Assembly (NCBI GenBank): GCA_964654465.1
Contig: CAZZIO010000006.1
Location: forward strand, 1 to 15,133
DNA length: 15,133 nucleotides
Direction of reading: 5' to 3'
From: an uncultured Dictyoglomota bacterium
GTDB lineage: Bacteria; Dictyoglomota; Dictyoglomia; Dictyoglomales; Dictyoglomaceae
A model generated the notes under the pieces. That model was not told where the DNA came from and did no database searches. It saw only the letters and a list, made by a program, of their open reading frames with translations. Each line of letters opens with the position of its first letter. The first letter of the stretch is position 1. Below, piece after piece: positions 1 to 6,927 of this stretch. The position numbers and the translations under genes are program-made.

Positions 1-2
1 TG

Positions 3-695
3 CTTTTATTTCTTGATGCTGATGTGGAACCAAGAGAAGATTTTATAGAGGTTCTTTTAACAAGTTATGAAAAATATAAAGGATTGGTATCTTGTTGGCC
101 ATATCAAAGATTTGAAAGGTTTTATGAGCATTTGAATTTTATATTTAATCTTGGAGCAGTTATTACCATGTCTTCCTTTGGTAAGGAAGGGGCATATGGT
201 CCGGTGATGCTTATATCCAGAGAAGATTATGAGAGAGTTGGAGGACATTTAGAGATAAGAGATAAAGTAGTGGAGGATTTTTATTTTGGAAATCTTTGTA
301 TGAAAAATGGAATAAGCGTTACAAACCTTCTTGGGGGAGATCATGTAAAATTTAGGATGTATCCTGGAGGTTTTTGGGATTTATTAGAGGGATTTACGAA
401 GAATACTTTTCAAGCTATATATTCTTTGAGTATTAGGAAGGTTTTATATCTTTTAGCTTGGTTTTATGGAATGTTAGGAAGTTATTTTTATGATGGTATT
501 TTTAATATTTTTTATCTGCTTTTTGTTTTTCAGCTCTACATATTTACAAAGAAATTAGGAAATTATAATATTTTAGATTCCTTTCTTTATCCTTTACATT
601 TTCTTTTCTTTATCTTCGTACTTATCTATTCCACAGTAAGGGGATCCTTTTTAAAATCTGTTTCCTGGAAGGGGAGAAGAATAAATGTGGGATAG
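3..695 (+). CDS. GT2-family glycosyltransferase, CrtQ/CruC-like (5'-truncated)
   Basis: The frame is open from nt 3 and reads LLFLDADVEP (DxD motif), so GTG at 24 is internal. It also has GPVMLISREDYERVGG, VVED, RMYPGG...GFTKN and C-terminal TM helices ending WKGR, typical of carotenoid/lipid glycosyltransferases. Confidence 0.85.
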   Translation, partial: LLFLDADVEPREDFIEVLLTSYEKYKGLVSCWPYQRFERFYEHLNFIFNLGAVITMSSFGKEGAYGPVMLISREDYERVGGHLEIRDKVVEDFYFGNLCMKNGISVTNLLGGDHVKFRMYPGGFWDLLEGFTKNTFQAIYSLSIRKVLYLLAWFYGMLGSYFYDGIFNIFYLLFVFQLYIFTKKLGNYNILDSFLYPLHFLFFIFVLIYSTVRGSFLKSVSWKGRRINVG

Positions 696-1284
696 TTTGA
701 TGATAATTTTTCTTCAATTTCTCTCAGGATCTATGATGTATTCCTATTTTATAGCCAAGCTTCTTAATATAGATTTAACAAAGGTAAGGGATGGTAATCC
801 AGGAGCTTACAATCTCTGGATTTCTACAAATTGGAAAATAGGAATATTGGGTGTGCTTCTTGATTATCTTAAGGGAATGTTTCCTCTTCTTTGGTTTATA
901 AAATATAGGGATCTAAAAGATAGGTTTATAATAACAACAGCTGCTTTGGCAGGAATACTGGGTCATGTTTTCTCTCCCTTTCTTGGAGGTAAAGGGGGAA
1001 AGGCTATATCAGTTTCTTTTGGTGCTTGGACAGTAGTAACCGGTCTTCAAGGACCACTTTTTTTAGGTCTTTCCATGTTTATATTTAATCTTACAAAATG
1101 GCATGGAGCATCCCCCGAAGAGGATGCTCTCAAGGTATTTTATGGTTTTTTGTGCTTAATTCCCTTTGTAACTTATAAGGTTCTTACTGGAGATATTTAT
1201 ATCTTATATTTCTTTTTAGTCAATTTTATTATTATCATTTATACCCATAGAAGAGAACTTTATAAAGTTCTCGTTAGTGCATAA
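685..1284 (+). CDS. PlsY-family (glycerol-3-phosphate acyltransferase-like) membrane acyltransferase, divergent paralog
   Basis: Polytopic 199 aa protein with GNPGAYN, DYLKG and GHVFSPFLGGKGGKA motifs. It overlaps the upstream gene by 11 nt and has SD-like GGGGAG upstream. Confidence 0.85.
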   Translation: MWDSLMIIFLQFLSGSMMYSYFIAKLLNIDLTKVRDGNPGAYNLWISTNWKIGILGVLLDYLKGMFPLLWFIKYRDLKDRFIITTAALAGILGHVFSPFLGGKGGKAISVSFGAWTVVTGLQGPLFLGLSMFIFNLTKWHGASPEEDALKVFYGFLCLIPFVTYKVLTGDIYILYFFLVNFIIIIYTHRRELYKVLVSA

Positions 1285-1285
1285 A

Positions 1286-1720
1286 TTATTCTAAGGATAT
1301 CTTTAGATTTACAGGATTCTTAATGATATCCGAGACAGGACATCTTCTTTCTACTTCTTTCATGAGCTCTTCAATTTTTGCCTTGTCTACGGGGGTTTCA
1401 ATCTTAACCCTTACTCTTACTTCATCATATCCAGCTCTTATATTGGGATCTCCCATAAATCCTCTTGGATCAAGATCACCTTCTGTATAAATCTCTACAT
1501 TCTGGAGAGGGATATTTTTCTCTTTAGCTACCACCTGAATTACAATTCCTAAGCATCCAATTAGGGCTGCTAATACTACTTCTACTGGGTTTGGAGCAGT
1601 GTCTTCACCTCCAAGAGAGGGTGGCTCATCCATGTTAATGATGAATTTATCCCTAATTTTTGCCTCTACTTTGAGGTTACCAAGCCATTTTCCCTCAGCC
1701 TTAAAAGTAACTTTTCCCAT
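1286..1720 (-). CDS. OsmC/Ohr-family protein
   Basis: DEPPSLGGEDTAPNPVE motif, two conserved Cys (IGC...RCPV), and an AGGAGG RBS upstream. Confidence 0.9.
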   Translation of the reverse strand: MGKVTFKAEGKWLGNLKVEAKIRDKFIINMDEPPSLGGEDTAPNPVEVVLAALIGCLGIVIQVVAKEKNIPLQNVEIYTEGDLDPRGFMGDPNIRAGYDEVRVRVKIETPVDKAKIEELMKEVERRCPVSDIIKNPVNLKISLE

Positions 1721-1755
1721 TACTATATACCTCCTTTTTAATTTTAACTTCTGTT

Positions 1756-1784
1756 ATTCTAACATCTCCTACTAAAAAAGTAAA
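1756..1784 (-). promoter_or_regulatory. Putative sigma70-type promoter of the OsmC-family gene
   Basis: The minus strand reads TTTACT (1784-1779), a 17-nt spacer ending in TGt, then TAGAAT (1761-1756), i.e. an extended -10. Confidence 0.55.
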
Positions 1785-1794
1785 TATTTAATAG

Positions 1795-1823
1795 TTTAAT
1801 TCATAAAATCCTTGATATATAAT
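1795..1823 (+). promoter_or_regulatory. Putative promoter of the pilin-LTD gene (leaderless configuration)
   Basis: TTTAAT (1795-1800), 17 nt, TATAAT (1818-1823), then 6 nt to ATG 1830. No Shine-Dalgarno is present. Confidence 0.55.
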
Positions 1824-1829
1824 ATTAAC

Positions 1830-3494
1830 ATGAGAAGTAAGGGGTTGACTTTCATAGAGGTAATGGTAGCAATCTTTATCTTAGGACTTATTGTCCTATT
1901 CCTTTCAAATTTATTTACCAAAAGCCTGGATTTATTCTTTGGGAAATCAGAAGAAAATGAAATATTTTCTAATGCTCAGATAATTCTGGATAGACTTGCC
2001 AGGGATATAAGGCAGGGAAGGGAAATCTTATATATGAGTACAAATACTCTTACTATAAATCTTAGTACAGGTGTGACTCATACATACTCCATAGTAGTAG
2101 GTGCTGATGGTAAAAAATATTTTGCCCTTGATGGACAGATTCTTGCAGGACCTATTGAGAACATAACTTTTACAGGTACAAGGCTTGATAATACTTATAC
2201 TTCCAATCTTCGTGAAATAAGGTTCATTATATTTACCTTAACTATGACAAATGGAATGAAGTATTCAGGCAATGTGGGATTGAGGGCAGATTTACCAACA
2301 AATTTGGGCGGAGTTGTGATAACAGAGATAATGTATGTTCCTCCTACAAAGGATAAATTAGGGAATAATATTGTAACAGCAGATCTCCAGTTCGTTGTAA
2401 TTTACAATAATACTCAAAATCCTATTGATCTAAGGGGATGGAGTATTAATGGAAATCTATTTTCAGTATCAGTAAACAATACGTGGACTTTATTTCCAGG
2501 AAAGTCTGCTGTTATAGGAACAAGGAACTCTAATTTAATCAATTCTTATTATTTCCCTTTACCAGAATATGCTATTTATATAAAGACAAATAGTTCTGGA
2601 CTTGGAAATGGTGGATTAAGTTTAAATAGTGGTGGAGATACTGTTGTAATAAAAGATAGTTTTGGAAGAATTGTTGACCAAATAAGTTTTACATCTTCTT
2701 GGGGTGGTCAACCTGGAAGTACCTCAGGACGATTTAGAGTATGGTATTCCATGGTTAGAAAGTCTCTTTCTTTGCCAACACAAGATGCATCTAATTGGAC
2801 AAACTCTTCTAATTTAAATTATATAACCTTCCAAGGAAATGTAGCGTATGTAGCATATTGCCTTATGCCTAAATTAGTAATATCTGAGATTATGTATTAT
2901 CCTTCTCCTTGTACCATACAAAGGTGGAATACGTCAGATCAAAGAATGATGGAATATATTGAGATCCACAATCCCACGTATTCTACTATATCTGTTGAAT
3001 ATGTAAATTGGTTTAATAACTATGCTGTATATACTTCTTCGAATCCTATTATGAGCCTTGTAAGTGAAACATGGACTCTTATGCCTGGAGGGTATATGGT
3101 GGTTAGTGGAACTTCTGCAAATATTTTGGATTGGTATGGGTTATCTGGTATAAATTATGCTAAAGTTTCAAATAATGGATTAGGACCATCTTTTGGTGAA
3201 CTACCTAACGATTCTTATACTTTAACTTTATTAGAGAATCGAAACATTAGTGATAGAGTTATTCGGGTATGTGATGTATATTACAACTCCTCGATGGGCG
3301 GTCAACCTGTTCTTGATGGTAATACAGAGAAGTATTATTCTTTGGAATTAAAGAATGTAGGGCTTTTAGGTCTTTTATATGATTCTTCCAATTTCGCATC
3401 TTCTACTAAGTTGTGTTATAGTGTCCAAGGATATGATGGAAAATATTATTATATTTATGCCACACCTGGCTCAAAAAATTCTGTATCTCCATGA
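1830..3494 (+). CDS. Prepilin-type N-terminal cleavage/methylation protein (PilW/GspJ-like) with two lamin-tail domains
   Basis: MRSKG|LTFIEVMVAIFILGLI is a class III signal with E5, followed by an LDRLARDIR helix. There are two LTD-like repeats starting VVITEIMY and LVISEIMY, and a C-terminal ATPGSKN. ATG 1830 is preferred over TTG 1812. Confidence 0.8.
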   Translation: MRSKGLTFIEVMVAIFILGLIVLFLSNLFTKSLDLFFGKSEENEIFSNAQIILDRLARDIRQGREILYMSTNTLTINLSTGVTHTYSIVVGADGKKYFALDGQILAGPIENITFTGTRLDNTYTSNLREIRFIIFTLTMTNGMKYSGNVGLRADLPTNLGGVVITEIMYVPPTKDKLGNNIVTADLQFVVIYNNTQNPIDLRGWSINGNLFSVSVNNTWTLFPGKSAVIGTRNSNLINSYYFPLPEYAIYIKTNSSGLGNGGLSLNSGGDTVVIKDSFGRIVDQISFTSSWGGQPGSTSGRFRVWYSMVRKSLSLPTQDASNWTNSSNLNYITFQGNVAYVAYCLMPKLVISEIMYYPSPCTIQRWNTSDQRMMEYIEIHNPTYSTISVEYVNWFNNYAVYTSSNPIMSLVSETWTLMPGGYMVVSGTSANILDWYGLSGINYAKVSNNGLGPSFGELPNDSYTLTLLENRNISDRVIRVCDVYYNSSMGGQPVLDGNTEKYYSLELKNVGLLGLLYDSSNFASSTKLCYSVQGYDGKYYYIYATPGSKNSVSP

Positions 3495-4678
3495 AAGAGA
3501 TTAAGAAGGTTATTCTTAAAAAGGGTGTTCATACAAAGATTGTAAGGGGTAATCCATGGATCTATGCCAATGAGATCTCTAAGATTTTAGGGGAGATAAA
3601 TCCTGGAGATATAGTAGATATTTATGATAGCAGTAATAGCTTTATAGGTAGGGGATATATAAATCCTAATTCAAAGATAAGGGTAAGAATACTTACAAGG
3701 AAAGAAGAAGAAATAAATAGGGATTTTTTTAGAGAAAGAATTATTAGGGCATGGGAATACAGAAAAAAAGTTGTGGAAACCTCATCTTGTAGAGTGGTTT
3801 TTGCAGAGTCTGATTTTCTTCCAGGACTTATTGTAGATAAATTTGAGGATATTCTTGTTATACAGACATTAACCCTTGGTATTGATAGATTTAAGGAGAT
3901 AATAGTTGAAGTATTAGATGAAATTTTTAATCCTCGGGGAATATATGAAAGAAATGATGTGCCTGTAAGAGAAATAGAGGGCCTTCCTCAAATAAAGGGT
4001 CCTATAAAGGGAGATTTTGATCCTAAGGTAATAATTAATGAAAATGAAGTAAAGATATTGGTAGATGTAGAGGATGGTCAGAAGACAGGATATTTTTTGG
4101 ATCAGAGAGAAAATAGGAGGGCTTTAAAAGGTTTGGTAGATGGGGCAGAGGTTCTTGATGTATTTTGTTATACAGGGTCTTTTTCTCTACATGCTTTAAA
4201 ATATGGAGCTAAAAGAGTTTTAGCGGTAGATTCTTCCAAGATAGCTCTTGAATTAGCCAAGGAAAATGCTAAGTTAAATGGATTTTTAGATAAGATAGAA
4301 TTTGTTGAGGAGAATGCCTTCCATCTTTTGAAAAATTTTCATAAAGAGGGTAGAAATTTTGATGTGGTGATTCTTGATCCTCCTGCCTTTGCAAAATCCC
4401 AGAGGAATCTTGATAATGCTTTAAGAGGGTATAAGGAGATTAATCTTAGGGCTATGAAAATAATAAGGGATGGAGGTTTTCTTATCACTTGTTCATGTTC
4501 TCAGCATGTTATACCGGAAATATTCCAAAAAGTAATTGAATCTGCAAGCTATGATGCAAACAGAATATTGCGACTTGTAGAGTTTAGATATCAGGCAAAA
4601 GATCATCCTATTCTTTTTTCCCATCCAGAATCGTTATATCTTAAATGTGGAATATACCAGGTTTTAAAAAAATTATAG
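3491..4678 (+). CDS. rlmI: RlmI-family class I SAM-dependent rRNA m5C methyltransferase with N-terminal PUA-like domain
   Basis: GNPWIY, ESDFLPGLIVD, GQKTGYFLDQRENR, VLDVFCYTGSF, DPPAF, TCSCS, DHP and YLK motifs. ATGA overlap with the upstream gene. Confidence 0.9.
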   Translation: MKEIKKVILKKGVHTKIVRGNPWIYANEISKILGEINPGDIVDIYDSSNSFIGRGYINPNSKIRVRILTRKEEEINRDFFRERIIRAWEYRKKVVETSSCRVVFAESDFLPGLIVDKFEDILVIQTLTLGIDRFKEIIVEVLDEIFNPRGIYERNDVPVREIEGLPQIKGPIKGDFDPKVIINENEVKILVDVEDGQKTGYFLDQRENRRALKGLVDGAEVLDVFCYTGSFSLHALKYGAKRVLAVDSSKIALELAKENAKLNGFLDKIEFVEENAFHLLKNFHKEGRNFDVVILDPPAFAKSQRNLDNALRGYKEINLRAMKIIRDGGFLITCSCSQHVIPEIFQKVIESASYDANRILRLVEFRYQAKDHPILFSHPESLYLKCGIYQVLKKL

Positions 4679-5854
4679 TTTTATAACAGAGGAAACTTCC
4701 TCTTTATTTTCTATTATTATGGAAAAGATTTCCTTGTCTATATATTTTTCAGTAGCTAATTTCTTCATATAACTTAATACTTTATTTTCTGAAAGCCCCA
4801 ATCTATAGGGTCTATTCTCTAAGAGAGCTGAATAAATATCGGATATAGTGATTATCCTTGCAGGAATTGGGATACTCTCTCCTGATACTCTAAAAGGATA
4901 ACCTTTTCCATTTAATTTTTCATGGTGATATGAAGCCCATATAGTAATATCTTCGTATGGAAGTCCCTTTTTAAGGGTAAGATAGGTTTTAAAAGGATGT
5001 ATTTTAATATAATCGGTATCTTTTTTAGATAATTTTTCTTGCTTTAAAAGTATGGAAGGGGGTAATGCTACCTTTCCTATGTCATGTAGATATCCTGCTA
5101 TTTTTATTTTCTTAATCATTTCTGAATCATAGCCTAATTTTTCTGATAAATAGGAGGCAACATTGGTTACATTTCTTGAATGTCTAACCTGAATCTTACT
5201 TCTATAGTCTACGATTCTTGCTACAGCTTTCGAAAGTAGTAAAAGACCATCTATATCTAATTTTAAATCACAGGAGAAATCTTCAGGAGATGGGGTATCA
5301 TAATTTACCTCAAACCAAAAAGATTCCTTGTTAGATAGGGATAAGAAAGCCTCCATTACATCTTTGTTAAATAATTTTTCTCCTTCTTCCTTTACCCTTT
5401 TGATAATCTTGTTTTTTTCCTTTAATATATATTTTTGCTTATTTAATTTATGATCTATAAATTCAGCAAGAAATAAGATTTGGCTCTCCATAGGTACAGG
5501 TTCTTCTTTATATATATTTCCTTTCCCAAAATCCCATGCTATATGGTGATATTTTATGATTTTGGAAATATTTTCTAAGAAGGGTATATCAGATATAAAA
5601 AGGCTTCCTTTCAAGGCATGCTCGTCTATCTCTTTGGAAGAGTTTTTAAAATTATTGTTACCATTTCCAGCATCGTGTAAAAGAGCAGATATTATTAGGT
5701 TATATTTCTCCTTTTCCGATAAATTCAGTTTATCTGCTATGAAGAAAGAAATGTTAGCTACCCGAGAGGAATGTCTCCTTTTTTCAGGTACCTGATCGTC
5801 CAAGTTTTCTGAAAAAGCAAGCAAAAATCCAAGTAACGACACTTTTTCTTCCAT
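4673..5854 (-). CDS. Tandem HD/HD-GYP cyclic-dinucleotide phosphodiesterase
   Basis: The N-terminal HD domain is degenerate (HSSRV, HDAG, HHIAWDFGKG, no GYP). The C-terminal domain is intact (HSRNV, HDIGK, HHEKLNGKGYP, SDIYSALLENRPYR). ATG 5854 with GGAG upstream is preferred over TTG 5881. Confidence 0.88.
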   Translation of the reverse strand: MEEKVSLLGFLLAFSENLDDQVPEKRRHSSRVANISFFIADKLNLSEKEKYNLIISALLHDAGNGNNNFKNSSKEIDEHALKGSLFISDIPFLENISKIIKYHHIAWDFGKGNIYKEEPVPMESQILFLAEFIDHKLNKQKYILKEKNKIIKRVKEEGEKLFNKDVMEAFLSLSNKESFWFEVNYDTPSPEDFSCDLKLDIDGLLLLSKAVARIVDYRSKIQVRHSRNVTNVASYLSEKLGYDSEMIKKIKIAGYLHDIGKVALPPSILLKQEKLSKKDTDYIKIHPFKTYLTLKKGLPYEDITIWASYHHEKLNGKGYPFRVSGESIPIPARIITISDIYSALLENRPYRLGLSENKVLSYMKKLATEKYIDKEIFSIIIENKEEVSSVIKL

Positions 5855-5864
5855 AATCTCCAAA

Positions 5865-5894
5865 ATTTTAACACAATCCAAATTTTTTTGTCAA
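5865..5894 (-). promoter_or_regulatory. Putative internal promoter of the HD-GYP gene
   Basis: The minus strand reads TTGACA (5894-5889), an 18-nt spacer ending in TGt, then TAAAAT (5870-5865). Confidence 0.6.
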
Positions 5895-6000
5895 AAAAAC
5901 TTTTGTTAAATTATTTAAAAATTTTTTTAAACAGGTTAAGCCTTATACTTTCTGTCTTTTTATAGATTTTACCCAAAAGGTTTGATTTTTATTTTATTTT

Positions 6001-6927
6001 TTAGTTAACAATAACTCTATCTTTCCCTTCTTTTTTGGCTTGATACATTAAGTTATCTGCTCTTTCTATGATTTTCTCCTTATTATCATCTTCCTTTACT
6101 AAGGTTCCTCCTATGGATACGGTGACATTTAGAATTTTTTCTTCCAAATGTATATGTGAATTTTTTACTAAGATTCTTAATTTTTCAGCAAGCTGATATA
6201 AAATATTCTTTTTTTCCAAATCAGAATATACCACAATAAATTCTTCTCCCCCATATCTTCCTACCATATCTGTAGCTCTTATATTATTTTTTAACGTTTC
6301 AGCAACGGTTTTTAATACCATATCTCCTATCTTATGTCCATAAGTATCATTAATTTTCTTAAAATCATCTATATCTATAAAAAGTACTCCAAAGCTATGA
6401 TGATATTTTTGGAATTCATTTATCTTCAAATCTAAATAGTAATCTAAGAATCTTCGGTTGGGAATTTCTGTAAGTTCATCTATATAAGTTTTTCGATAAA
6501 GTTCACTTACCATTTTCTTTAAATGTAAAGTTTCGGAAGTCTCTCTGAAAATTTCAACTGCCCCTATAATTTCCCCATTCTTAGCTTTTATGGGATTTAC
6601 ACTTACAAGTACTGGTAATCTTACTCCGTCCTTACGATGAAGAAAAACTTGTTTTTCTACAATTTTATCTTCTTTTATAGCATAAACTAAGGGACACTCT
6701 GAAAGACATAGCTCATTTCCCTTTTCATCTATATGTCTAAGGATATTATCATGGCAGTATTTTCCTATAATTTCTTTCTTTTTGTATCCTGTAATTATTT
6801 CTGCTGATTTGTTCCAATATATGATTTTTCTATTGGTATCTACAAAATAAATACCATCAGTAATATGCTCTAACAATTTTTTGTAAAAATTTTTAGGAAT
6901 AATTTTGGTTTTATACTTCTTATTCAT
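6001..6927 (-). CDS. PAS-GGDEF diguanylate cyclase
   Basis: PAS domain (DGIYFVD...YWNKSAEIITGY), DELTEIPNRR, DIDDFKKINDTYGHKIGD, RATD I-site, RYGGEEF, ADNLMYQAKKEGK. ATG 6927 forms an ATGA overlap with the upstream stop. Confidence 0.92.
   Translation of the reverse strand: MNKKYKTKIIPKNFYKKLLEHITDGIYFVDTNRKIIYWNKSAEIITGYKKKEIIGKYCHDNILRHIDEKGNELCLSECPLVYAIKEDKIVEKQVFLHRKDGVRLPVLVSVNPIKAKNGEIIGAVEIFRETSETLHLKKMVSELYRKTYIDELTEIPNRRFLDYYLDLKINEFQKYHHSFGVLFIDIDDFKKINDTYGHKIGDMVLKTVAETLKNNIRATDMVGRYGGEEFIVVYSDLEKKNILYQLAEKLRILVKNSHIHLEEKILNVTVSIGGTLVKEDDNKEKIIERADNLMYQAKKEGKDRVIVN

Noticed and set aside
57..248. Short shadow ORFs (57-248, 5556-5795, 7417-7605, 7879-8151, 8490-8894, 8809-9018, 9071-9337, 11233-11418, 13673-14020, 14496-14801)
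   Set aside because: All lie antisense to, or out of frame within, well-supported genes and have no recognisable motifs or RBS.
1812..1829. Longer ORF-track starts (1812, 5881, 6972, 10995) and the internal start at 24
   Set aside because: RBS, promoter or ATGA-overlap evidence favours 1830, 5854, 6927 and 10980. The first gene begins before the window.
5855..6000. c-di-GMP riboswitch or sRNA between the cyclase and HD-GYP genes
   Set aside because: The region is very AT-rich, with no stable GC stems or GEMM-type tetraloop/receptor structure, and is explained by a promoter.
6320..6380. GGDEF protein as a Hypr-type 3'3'-cGAMP synthase
   Set aside because: The signature position in GHKIGD is Asp (guanine-specific), not the Ser of Hypr enzymes.
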